Of a stretch of DNA of 23,716 bases, positions 1-8,967 are shown in pieces; positions within the stretch are counted from its first letter, which is position 1; each line of letters starts with the position of its first letter. The position numbers were made by a program, and so were the translations under genes. Source of the stretch: Myxococcota bacterium (GTDB taxonomy: Bacteria > Myxococcota > JACRCW01); assembly GCA_040752415.1 (NCBI GenBank), contig JBFMGU010000168.1:1-23716 (forward strand). The letters are read 5' to 3'. The notes below the pieces were generated by a model. It worked only from the letters and a program-made list of their open reading frames with translations. It did not search any database and was not told the DNA's origin.

Positions 1-78
1 CGGCGACGGCGGCCCGGCGGGTTGACGGGTCGGGCGCAGTACTGTTGACCCTCCGCGAACGCGAGCCTACGAAGAGGC

Positions 79-1842
79 ATGGTCGACGTCGGCTCCAAGC
101 GTTTTGTGCAGTTGTTCCAGGGTGCGGTGGATCAACACGGGCGGGTGTCCCGGGAAGCGCTCACCGATCTGCAACGCGCCACCTCCTCCATCGCCAATGA
201 CGCCGAGAAGGCCGCGGCACAGGAGATCCTCTCGCTGGTCAAACATGACCGGGAGATGGACTCCTTCGAGGTGGACCACATCCGCGTGGCGCTGGGGACG
301 TTGAACGGCGTCTCTCCCAACAAGCTGCCCAAGGAGCTGGAGAAGGTGCTCCGTCACGGCGTGCCGCAGTCCAACGTGCTGGCCAGGAACTATGACCTCA
401 CGTTCGACTTCTCCAAGGACACGCCCGCATTCCCCGCGCGCGCCGTTGTCACGCTGGAGAAGAAGGCCAGCGGGAAGGCCATCCTGGAGGTGGACCCTGA
501 GCGCCTCGACATCTCCAAGGTGCAGGTGGGCGGGAAGGATGTCCCGTTCGAGGTGAAGGGCACGCGCCTCGTCGTCGACGCGCCCGGCGCCAAGGAGCTG
601 GACATCCGCTACACCGTGAAGCCGCAGGACGTGACGCCGCAGAATGCCGCCAGCGCGTACGGCCTCATCCGCGACAAGTTCAGCGGGCGCATGTGGACGT
701 TGACCTGGCCCTACAACACCGGCGCGCTCTTCCCCTCCAACTCCGCGCCCGCCGACGGCTCGACGTCACGCGTCACCGTGCGCGTGGCCGACGGACACCA
801 GGCCGTGGCCACCGGGCACCAGGAGGGAACGTCGTTCCACACCCACAAGGAAGCACCCGCGTACGCGATTGCCATGTACACCGCCAAGGACTTCGAGCAC
901 GGGCACGCGGGACACAGTCACGGCGGCGTGGCGGTCTCCGGTTACGGCGTGGGCAACAGCGTGGCGGCCAGCACGCGCAACGCGTATCGCAACACGGCGC
1001 GGGAGTCGCTGGACTTCTACAGCCAGTGGCTGGGCGAGTTCGAGTACGGGAAGACGCTGAAGCTCGTCGAGGTTTCCGGCGGGCTGGGCGGGATGGAGCA
1101 CACCGCGGCGGTGGCCATCATGATGAACGCCGCGCGCGACCCCAAGTACAGCCGGGAGACCGCCGCGCACGAGGTGGCGCACCACTGGTTCGGCGACAAC
1201 CTGCGCATCAAGACGTGGGGCGACTTCTGGATGAGCGAGGGATTTACCAACTACGCCACCTACCGCTTCTTCCGTCACTCCGAGGGAGAGAAGCGCTTCC
1301 ACGAGCTGATGGACAACGCGCGGGACGAGGTGCGCAGTGCCCTGGCGGACAACCCGCACGCGCTGGCCGCTCCCGCGCACGTCGACGTCAACGAGATCTT
1401 CGACTCCATCCCGTACGAGATGGGTCCCTGGATCCTGCGCATGCTCGAGGTGAAGCTCGGCACCGAGAAGTTCGACGGGCTGCTGCGCGCCTGGTACCAG
1501 GACCACCGGCACTCCGCAGTGTCGACGGAGCAGTTCATTGCGTTCGTGAAGGACCGCACCGGGTCGGACCTCACGAAGTTCTTTGCGCAGTGGAATCACA
1601 TCACCGCGGTGCCGTCCTTGAAGCCAAGCGTGGACATCCACGGGGAGAAGGTGAAGCTGTCCCTGGAGCCGCGCAATGACATCCCCGACGGCGTGCGCAT
1701 TCCCGCGGTGCTGCAGGGCACCGGAGGGGAGAGCAAGACCGTGATGGTGGAGCCGGGCAAGACGGTGGACGTGGACGCGGGCTTCCCGGTGAAGAAGGTG
1801 AGCTGGGACCCGGAGCGCACCGTGCTCGCGGACGTGCGCTGA
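79..1842 (+). CDS. M1-family (gluzincin) zinc aminopeptidase with N-terminal helical extension
   Basis: 587 aa ORF. Exopeptidase motif GGMEH (GxMEN variant), zinc motif HEVAHHWFG followed by WMSEG (HExxH-x18-E), and distal catalytic Tyr region SIPYEMG. GAAGAGG SD at 71-77. No obvious signal peptide. Confidence 0.92.
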   Translation: MVDVGSKRFVQLFQGAVDQHGRVSREALTDLQRATSSIANDAEKAAAQEILSLVKHDREMDSFEVDHIRVALGTLNGVSPNKLPKELEKVLRHGVPQSNVLARNYDLTFDFSKDTPAFPARAVVTLEKKASGKAILEVDPERLDISKVQVGGKDVPFEVKGTRLVVDAPGAKELDIRYTVKPQDVTPQNAASAYGLIRDKFSGRMWTLTWPYNTGALFPSNSAPADGSTSRVTVRVADGHQAVATGHQEGTSFHTHKEAPAYAIAMYTAKDFEHGHAGHSHGGVAVSGYGVGNSVAASTRNAYRNTARESLDFYSQWLGEFEYGKTLKLVEVSGGLGGMEHTAAVAIMMNAARDPKYSRETAAHEVAHHWFGDNLRIKTWGDFWMSEGFTNYATYRFFRHSEGEKRFHELMDNARDEVRSALADNPHALAAPAHVDVNEIFDSIPYEMGPWILRMLEVKLGTEKFDGLLRAWYQDHRHSAVSTEQFIAFVKDRTGSDLTKFFAQWNHITAVPSLKPSVDIHGEKVKLSLEPRNDIPDGVRIPAVLQGTGGESKTVMVEPGKTVDVDAGFPVKKVSWDPERTVLADVR

Positions 1843-2033
1843 ACGCGCGCCCCAACCCTGCTCGGGTCTGCCCTCATCGCGACGCCCGATGCCGGCCCGG
1901 TCGCGATCCAACAGGCGTTGTGCTAACCCACGTGTCGCGGGAGGGACGTGGGATCCTCGTCACGGCGTGAACGGACGCCGAGATCGAGGGAGCTCCGCAT
2001 GGGAGCCGTGCCGACGTCGGAGGTTTCGGCAAC

Positions 2034-2654
2034 ATGGACCACGTGGCATTGGCGGGGGTCTTGATCGTTGGGAAGGGTGACGTCGTCCGGAAGCGGTTGG
2101 CGCCCTGGATCCAGGCCACTGCCATCCCCGCGCAGCACGTCGCGGACGTCCAGGAGGCGCTCACGATCCTGCAGCCGTCCGCCAAGCACCTGGTGTGCGT
2201 GGACGAGCACACCGTGCCGTCCGCCGACGTGGACCTGCTGCTGCAGCGCATGAACGAGTCCTCACCACTCAGCGTCGCGGTGGGCGTGCAGTGCCATTCC
2301 GACGACGGCGGCATCTCGCTCGTGGCGCTGGTGCCGGGGGTGGCCCTGGCCACGCAAGGCGTGGCGCGGCTCCTGTTCGAGACCCAGGAGTTCGAGGAGG
2401 ACGCGCTGCTGCGCTCCGCGGTGAGGGTGCTGGTGGGGCGGTGGACCGTGCGCAGCGTCCTGGCAGCGGTGCGGGAGATCATGGTGGAGGAGGCGCTGTC
2501 GCGTGCCGCGGGGAACCTCACGCGCGCGGCGTCCCTCCTGCAGGTCACCCGACAAGCCATCCAGGCCCGACGGACCACCCACCCGCGTGCGCCCATCCCA
2601 CGCCAACGCACCGGAACGCGCAATGGCGTCGACGTCAGGGGGCGCGCGGGCTGA
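2034..2654 (+). CDS. Putative transcriptional regulator: degenerate receiver-like N-terminus plus C-terminal Fis-type HTH
   Basis: C-terminal EEALSRAAGNLTRAASLLQVTRQAIQAR matches the Fis/HTH_8 pattern (xxALxxxxGNxxxAAxxLGxxRxxLxx). The N-terminus has receiver-like strands VLIV and LVCVD. GGAGG at 2019-2023. Confidence 0.72.
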   Translation: MDHVALAGVLIVGKGDVVRKRLAPWIQATAIPAQHVADVQEALTILQPSAKHLVCVDEHTVPSADVDLLLQRMNESSPLSVAVGVQCHSDDGGISLVALVPGVALATQGVARLLFETQEFEEDALLRSAVRVLVGRWTVRSVLAAVREIMVEEALSRAAGNLTRAASLLQVTRQAIQARRTTHPRAPIPRQRTGTRNGVDVRGRAG

Positions 2655-2697
2655 GGGTTCCCGGGGCGCGGTGGACGGTTTCGCCCTTGGGGATGGC

Positions 2698-5600
2698 TCA
2701 GTGCACCTGTCCGCCGGGCGTGGGTCTGCGCACGTAACCTCGCGCGCCGGACATGAATCCCGCGGCAGCCAATGGTCCGGCCAGCGGCGACTGACCGGGG
2801 TGCACGCCGTCGACGTCGGAAATGAACACCAGCTTGCGCGGTCCTTCATCCGCCAGCGCGGCCAACGCCTGCGCAATGGCCTTGGCATGTTCGCTGCGCG
2901 CCGGCTCCTCGAGCGGCAGGAACGTGAGCACGCGACTCTCCGCCTTGCGCGAGAACGCCGCGAGCTCGCCGTTGCTGAGGATGACGTGCGCTCCCGCCAC
3001 GCGCGCCGGCCGGCCCTCCTCCTTCTCGGGCCACGCCAGCGCGGAGCCGTAGGGATTCGCCGGGTCGGTGGCGGCGAGGATCACGGTCTGTGGCTGTTCG
3101 GGTGCGTCGCGGACGCTGCGCAGGCGGTCATCCGCGCCGGGCAGCGCAAACTGCGTGGCGCCGAGCCCAGCCACGAAGTAGCCACGACGGATGCGACCGG
3201 ACTCCTCCATGGCCTTCAGCACTTCGTACACCGCGGAGAAACCACCCGGGATGCCCTCCGCCGCCACCATCTCGCGCGTGAGCACGCCGTAGCGCTCCAA
3301 CAACGTCGTCACCAAGGCCACCCGACGCTGCGTGTCGCTGATCTTCGACGTCAGCCCCGGCAGCAATGACCAGCGCCCTTCACTTCCGGGCGGGCCCAGT
3401 CGTCGTGAACGGAACGAGCGACCGCGGAAACGCGTCTTCTGCGGTTGGGGCGCCGCGGCGTGCAGCATGGAGCGCAGCGGCACCAGCGTGTCATTGGTGA
3501 CCTCGCCGGCCCACACCATGTCCCAGAGGGTGCGGAGCAGGTCGTTGTGGAACGCCCCCGTCTCGAGCGTGAGGTCCGAGAAGAACGACGCACCACGGGC
3601 CGCCAACACCGCGCGCACCTTGGCCGCGAGCTCACCTTCCGCCTCCCCCGGCGGCGACGCCAGCGTGCGGTAGTGGTCCGTCAGGTACAGCGCCACACGT
3701 CCGTCATTGGGCCCCAGCGACTCCAGCCCGCGCCACACCACCTCACCCGCCGAGCACAGCACGTCCAGGTCGGTGGCGCGGTAGTTCTCGACGCGCGCGG
3801 GCAGCACGTCCGTCTCCAGCACGGAAGCGGGAATGGGACACCCCTGCAGCTGCTCCACCACGGAAAGGAGCGCGTCCAGGCCCTGGCGTCGTCGGGAAAC
3901 GCCCTGCCACTCGACGAGGAACCGCGCCAACGCCGCCGGCTCCACGGGCTCCACCTCCTTGCGCAACCGCGCCAGCGACCGACGCTTGATGGCGCGCAGC
4001 ACCTCCGCATCACACCACTCCCGTCCCCGACCTCCCGGGACGAACTCTCCCTCGAGGATGCGGTTGGCGTCGGCGAGTCGCTGCAACACCGTCATCACCG
4101 GTGACAGACCGAGCGCAAAACGCTTGCACACGTCCTCGGTGGTGAAAGGCCCGTGGGTGCGCGCGTAACGCGAGATGACGTCGAGCAGCGCGTCATGGGT
4201 GGGTTCCAGGAACGCCTGCGGCAGTCCGCGCGGCGGCACCACGCCCAGGGCGTCACGCAGCTTGGCGGCGTCCTCCGCCGCGGCGTAGCGCTTTTCCCCC
4301 GCCACCGTGATGGCAATGATGCGACGCTGCGCCGTCAGCTCCTCCATCCATTTCAACGCCTCCGCCTCCCGCGTACAGCGCGCGACGATCTCCCGCTCCG
4401 TCAGGTCCCCCAACGAGAGCAGCATGTCGTGCAGCCCGTCGGCGTGGTGCACCGGGTGCCGCGCATCCAGGCGCTGCAGCCGACGCTCCATCTCCTGGAT
4501 GGCCTCCGCGTCCAGCAGCTCGCGCAGCTCACTCTCGCCGAGCAGCTCCTTGAGCTGGGAGGTATCCAGCGCCAAAGCCTGCGCACGACGTTCCGCGAGG
4601 GGCGCATCTCCGTCGTAGAGGAAGTTGGCCACGTAGGAGAACAAGAGCGAGGAAGCGAACGGCGAGGGCTTGCGCGAGTCCGCCGTCACCACGCGCAGCC
4701 GACGGGACTGCACCTGCTGCAACACCTCCTGCAGCCCACCCAGGTCGAACACGTCGCGCAGGCACTCGCGGTAGGTCTCCAGGATGATCGGGAAGCTGCC
4801 GTAGCGCGAGGCCACCGCGAGCAGGTCCGCGGAACGCTTGCGCTGGGCCCACAACGGTGAGCGACGGCCCGGGTGACGACGAGGCAACAGCAACGCGCGC
4901 GCCGCATTCTCCCGGAACCGCGAAGCAAAGAGCGAGCTCTGGCCCAGGTTGCGCACCAGCATGTCCTCGACGTCGTCGGGCGCGGGGAAGAACAGCTCCA
5001 CGTCGGGGGCCACGTCGCTCTCCGGCATGCGGAAGACCATGCCGTCGTCGCTCCACAGCATCTGCACGGCGGCGTCGGAGCGGGCCTGCAGCTGCGCCAT
5101 CACCGCCAGGGCCCACGGCGCATGCACCCGTGCGCCAAACGGGGTCATCACGCACACGCGCCAGTCGCCAATCTCGTCGACATAGCGTTCCACCACCACG
5201 CTGCGGTCGCTGGGTACCTCGCCCGTGGCCTGCACCTGCTCCTCCAGGTACGCCATCAGGTTCAGCGCGGCGCGCTCGTCGAGACCGTGGCGCGCGCGGA
5301 GCTGTTGCAGCGCGGAGCCCTTGGGCATGGACACCAGGGAGCGCGCCAGCTCACCAATGGCCCTGCCGAACTCCAGCGGACGCCCCGGCCGGTCCCCGTG
5401 CCAGAACGGCATGCGTCCCGGCTCACCCGGCGCGGGAGACACCAGCACGCGGTCATGCGTGATCTCCTCAATGCGCCACGACGACGCCCCCAGCAGGAAC
5501 ACGTCTCCCGGGCGCGACTCCAGCACCATCTCCTCGTCCAGCTCGCCCACGCGCTTGCTGTGTTTTCCGTCGTCAGCGGCCAGGAAGACGCCGTACAGCC

Positions 5601-7182
5601 CGCGGTCCGGGATGGTGCCCCCGTTGACAATGGTGACGCGGCGCGTGCCTTGTCGCGCATGGAGGGTGCCGGCCACGCGGTCCCAGGTGATGCGCGGCTT
5701 CAGCTCGGCGAACTCGTCGGACGGGTAGCGTCCGGAAAGCATGTCCAGCACGCCCTCGAAGCTGGCGCGCGGCAGCTCCGCGTACGGCGCGGCACGACGG
5801 ACCAGCTGGTACACGTCGTCGACGGCGAGCGCGTCCATGGCGCCCATGGCGGCAATCTGTTGTGCCAGCACGTCCAGCGGATTGCGCGGGTAGAACGTCT
5901 CCTCCACCCGCCCCTCCTGCATGCGCGTGGTGACGGAGGCGCACGCCAGCAGGTCGCCGCGGTACTTGGGGAACATCACGCCGGTGCTGACCTCCCCCAC
6001 GCTGTGCCCCGCGCGCCCAATGCGTTGCATCCCCGACGCCACCGACGGAGGCGCCTCGATCTGCACCACCAGGTCCACCGCGCCAATGTCCAGCCCCAGC
6101 TCCAGTGACGACGTGGCCACAATGGCCGGTAGCAGTCCCTGCTTGAGCCGGTCCTCAATCTGCACCCGCTGCTCGCGTGCCAGGGACCCGTGGTGCGCGC
6201 GCGCAATCTCCTCCTGTGCCAGCTCATTGAGCGCGTTGGCCAGCCGCTCCGCGAGCCGCCGGCTGTTGACGAAGATCATCGTCGAGCGGTGCGTCTTGAT
6301 GAGCTCCAGCAGGCGCGGGTGGATGGAGGGCCAGATGGAGCGCCGCGTGGCCACGCCCGCCGCGGGACCAGAAGGAACCTCCTCCTCCATCTCGCCGAGC
6401 TGCGACATGTCCTCCACCGGCACCTCGACGGTGATCTGCAGCGCCTTGCGGCTCCCCGCGTCGACGATCTCCACGGGACGGGCCTTCCACCGCGAACGCT
6501 CCCCCGCGCCCACCGTGCCGCCACCCAGCAGCTGCGCCACCTCTTCCAGCGGGCGCTGCGTGGCGGACAGACCAATGCGCTGCAGCGGCGTTTCCGACGT
6601 GCGCAGCGCCTCCAGGCGTTCCAGGCTGAGGAACAGGTGCACCCCGCGCTTGGTGCTCACCATGGAGTGGATCTCGTCGACGATCACCGTCTCCACCGTG
6701 CGCAGCATCTCCCGGCTGTTGCTGGTGAGCAGCAGGTAGAGGGACTCCGGCGTGGTGATGAGCACGTCGGGCGGGTGGCGGAGCAGTGCGGCGCGCTCGT
6801 TGGCGGGGGTGTCGCCGGTGCGGATGGCCACGGAGGGGAGGCGGTAGCCGTCGCCACGACGGGTGGCGGATGCGGCAATGCCAGCAATGGGCGCGCGCAG
6901 GTTGCGCTCCACGTCGACGGCAAGGGCCTTGAGCGGAGACACGTACAAGACGCGGCAGCGGTCCTGTTTGCGGGGCTCCGGCGAGAACATCAGCTTGTTG
7001 ATGGCCCCCAGGAACGCCGCCAGCGTCTTGCCCGACCCGGTGGGCGCGAGCAGCAACGTGGACTTCCCCTCGAGAATGGGCGGCCAGCCCTTGGTCTGTG
7101 CGGCGGTGGGCGCGTCAAAGGACTGCGCGAACCATTCCGCCACGGCGGGCTGGAACCGTTTGAGGACGTGGGAAGCGCTCAT
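2698..7182 (-). CDS. lhr: Lhr-family ATP-dependent SF2 (DEAD/DEAH-box) helicase, long form with C-terminal domain
   Basis: Q motif (PTAAQ), Walker A APTGSGKT, motif Ia YVSPLKALAVD, TTPES, DEIH, SAT, HHGSL, ATSSLELGLD, QRIGRAGH. The C-terminal part has long-Lhr signatures (MPFWHGD, YGVLTRE, RRGYFVAGLG, DPANPYG). Start moved to ATG 7182 (MSASHVLKRF, about 1494 aa). Confidence 0.95.
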   Translation of the reverse strand: MSASHVLKRFQPAVAEWFAQSFDAPTAAQTKGWPPILEGKSTLLLAPTGSGKTLAAFLGAINKLMFSPEPRKQDRCRVLYVSPLKALAVDVERNLRAPIAGIAASATRRGDGYRLPSVAIRTGDTPANERAALLRHPPDVLITTPESLYLLLTSNSREMLRTVETVIVDEIHSMVSTKRGVHLFLSLERLEALRTSETPLQRIGLSATQRPLEEVAQLLGGGTVGAGERSRWKARPVEIVDAGSRKALQITVEVPVEDMSQLGEMEEEVPSGPAAGVATRRSIWPSIHPRLLELIKTHRSTMIFVNSRRLAERLANALNELAQEEIARAHHGSLAREQRVQIEDRLKQGLLPAIVATSSLELGLDIGAVDLVVQIEAPPSVASGMQRIGRAGHSVGEVSTGVMFPKYRGDLLACASVTTRMQEGRVEETFYPRNPLDVLAQQIAAMGAMDALAVDDVYQLVRRAAPYAELPRASFEGVLDMLSGRYPSDEFAELKPRITWDRVAGTLHARQGTRRVTIVNGGTIPDRGLYGVFLAADDGKHSKRVGELDEEMVLESRPGDVFLLGASSWRIEEITHDRVLVSPAPGEPGRMPFWHGDRPGRPLEFGRAIGELARSLVSMPKGSALQQLRARHGLDERAALNLMAYLEEQVQATGEVPSDRSVVVERYVDEIGDWRVCVMTPFGARVHAPWALAVMAQLQARSDAAVQMLWSDDGMVFRMPESDVAPDVELFFPAPDDVEDMLVRNLGQSSLFASRFRENAARALLLPRRHPGRRSPLWAQRKRSADLLAVASRYGSFPIILETYRECLRDVFDLGGLQEVLQQVQSRRLRVVTADSRKPSPFASSLLFSYVANFLYDGDAPLAERRAQALALDTSQLKELLGESELRELLDAEAIQEMERRLQRLDARHPVHHADGLHDMLLSLGDLTEREIVARCTREAEALKWMEELTAQRRIIAITVAGEKRYAAAEDAAKLRDALGVVPPRGLPQAFLEPTHDALLDVISRYARTHGPFTTEDVCKRFALGLSPVMTVLQRLADANRILEGEFVPGGRGREWCDAEVLRAIKRRSLARLRKEVEPVEPAALARFLVEWQGVSRRRQGLDALLSVVEQLQGCPIPASVLETDVLPARVENYRATDLDVLCSAGEVVWRGLESLGPNDGRVALYLTDHYRTLASPPGEAEGELAAKVRAVLAARGASFFSDLTLETGAFHNDLLRTLWDMVWAGEVTNDTLVPLRSMLHAAAPQPQKTRFRGRSFRSRRLGPPGSEGRWSLLPGLTSKISDTQRRVALVTTLLERYGVLTREMVAAEGIPGGFSAVYEVLKAMEESGRIRRGYFVAGLGATQFALPGADDRLRSVRDAPEQPQTVILAATDPANPYGSALAWPEKEEGRPARVAGAHVILSNGELAAFSRKAESRVLTFLPLEEPARSEHAKAIAQALAALADEGPRKLVFISDVDGVHPGQSPLAGPLAAAGFMSGARGYVRRPTPGGQVH

Positions 7183-7329
7183 GGCAACCCGGCACCATAC
7201 TGAAAGCATGTCCCGTATGCAGGTGTGCCCGGCCACAACCCCGGACACGGGCTCCCGACGACGTGCCCGCGCCCTGCCCACGACGGAACGCGTCGTTAGA
7301 CCGGCCTATCCACCACGCGGGGAGCCACC

Positions 7330-7845
7330 ATGCGTGAAGAGCGTTACGACGACAAACGCGGACCCTGGTTCCGCCGGCGCGGTCCGGCCTCCTCGACGAT
7401 CATGACCTGGGGCCCCGCCCGCGGCGAGACGGGGACCGCGGGACTTCCCCGCACCTCGCTCGCGGGGACGGAGATCAACACGGCGGGCGTCCCCATGCGC
7501 GAGCTGCTCGAGGAACCCGTGCTGCGGGAGGAGCGTTTCCGTCGGGAAGCGGTGCGCCCGGCGACAACGCGCGGCGGTTTCCGCGGCAAGGGACCGGTGG
7601 GGTACGTCCGCTCCGACGCGCGCATCCACGAGGACGTCTGCGACGCGCTCGCTGCGGCGAACCTTGACACCTCCGAGGTCACCGTCACGGTGAAGGACCG
7701 TGAGGTCATCCTGGAGGGCGGAGTGGAGAGCCGCTGGGCCAAGCGCATGGTGGAGCTCATTGTCGCCGACGTGCGGGGGGTCAGGGACGTGCGCAACCGG
7801 CTGCGCGTGCATTCACCCGACGAGGGGCCGCCGGTCTTCCTGTGA
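7330..7845 (+). CDS. BON-domain protein with disordered Arg/Gly-rich N-terminus
   Basis: GFRGKGPVGYVRSDARIHEDVCDAL...VTVTVKDREVILEGGV...VRGVRDVRNRLRV is the characteristic GKGPxGY-led single BON domain. GGAG SD at 7321-7324. Confidence 0.85.
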   Translation: MREERYDDKRGPWFRRRGPASSTIMTWGPARGETGTAGLPRTSLAGTEINTAGVPMRELLEEPVLREERFRREAVRPATTRGGFRGKGPVGYVRSDARIHEDVCDALAAANLDTSEVTVTVKDREVILEGGVESRWAKRMVELIVADVRGVRDVRNRLRVHSPDEGPPVFL

Positions 7846-7962
7846 CGGGTTGTCCTCATGGTGACGCCCAAGCGTCCGCTGGTGCCCGCGTCCTGGATGG
7901 GCAGCGGCGGGAGGATGCGGTAAGCCTCGCCACCCCTCTTCCCGGACATCTGGGGTGTGACC

Positions 7963-8811
7963 ATGACCCGCTCCCTCTTTGACAAGCTCCTGGACCTCGC
8001 GCTCGAGGAAGACCTCGGCCACGGCGACATCACCACCGACTCCGTGGTTCCCGCCGACGCCAAGGCCACCGCCAAGGTCCTGGCCAAGCAGCCCATGGTG
8101 GTCTTTGGTCTGCGCCACTTTTCAGAGGTCTTCTACCGCCTGGATGCGCGCATCAACATCGAGCGGCTCGTCGAGGACGGTGCGCCCGTGGCGCCGGGGA
8201 CCGTGGTGGCCAACTTGAGTGGTCCGGCGCGCGCCATCCTCACCGGGGAGCGCACCGCGTTGAACCTGCTCATGCGCCTCTCCGGCATAGCCACCATGAC
8301 CCGCGCCATGAGCACCGCGCTGCGCGACTATCCCAACTGCCGCCTGCTGGACACGCGCAAGACCACGCCAGGCATGCGCTCGCTCGAGAAGGAAGCGGTG
8401 CGCGCGGGCGGCGGCGCCAACCACCGCATGGGCCTGTTTGACGGCGTGCTCATCAAGGACAACCACATTGCCGTGGCCGGTGGCGTGGCGGAGGCCATCC
8501 GTCGGGCCAAGGCGGGCAACCATCACCTCGTGAAGATCGAGTGTGAGGTGGTGGACATCCCCGGCGTGGAGGCGGCCATCAGCGCCGGCGCCGACGCCAT
8601 CCTGCTGGACAACATGGACGACGCCACCACCGCGCAGGCGGTGAAGCTCATCCGCGCCGCGGGCCGCCCCATCTTCATCGAGGCCAGCGGCAACATGAAC
8701 ATCCAGCGCATCCCGCGCGTGGCCGCCCTGGGCGTCGACGGAATCAGCGTGGGCGCGCTCACCCACAGCGCCACCAGCGTGGACCTCTCCCTCGAGTTCC
8801 AGCCCGCCTGA
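7963..8811 (+). CDS. nadC: Nicotinate-nucleotide diphosphorylase (quinolinate phosphoribosyltransferase)
   Basis: ALEEDLGHGDITT, ERTALNLL, LSGIAT, LLDTRKTTPG, NHRMGLFDGVLIKDNH, ILLDNM, EASG, ISVGALTHS motifs. Alternative GTG start at 7957. Confidence 0.97.
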   Translation: MTRSLFDKLLDLALEEDLGHGDITTDSVVPADAKATAKVLAKQPMVVFGLRHFSEVFYRLDARINIERLVEDGAPVAPGTVVANLSGPARAILTGERTALNLLMRLSGIATMTRAMSTALRDYPNCRLLDTRKTTPGMRSLEKEAVRAGGGANHRMGLFDGVLIKDNHIAVAGGVAEAIRRAKAGNHHLVKIECEVVDIPGVEAAISAGADAILLDNMDDATTAQAVKLIRAAGRPIFIEASGNMNIQRIPRVAALGVDGISVGALTHSATSVDLSLEFQPA

Positions 8812-8967
8812 GTCCCGCCCGCCGCCCGCTCCCGACGGCGGTCCAACCGGTGGCTCCCTCCACAATCCTGGCGACTTTCGCCCCGGGATCCGCACGTGGG
8901 TACCCGGTGCATGGTTCGTGTCCCGTCGGATGTTCCTCCTCGTCGAGGAGCATCCGGAGGTCCATCC

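Noticed and set aside
7183..7281. Extended Lhr N-terminus and CATAC-N14-GTATG palindrome as an SOS-like operator
   Set aside because: The extension has no helicase-like content. The 5-bp arms do not match a LexA box I can recognise and may be chance.
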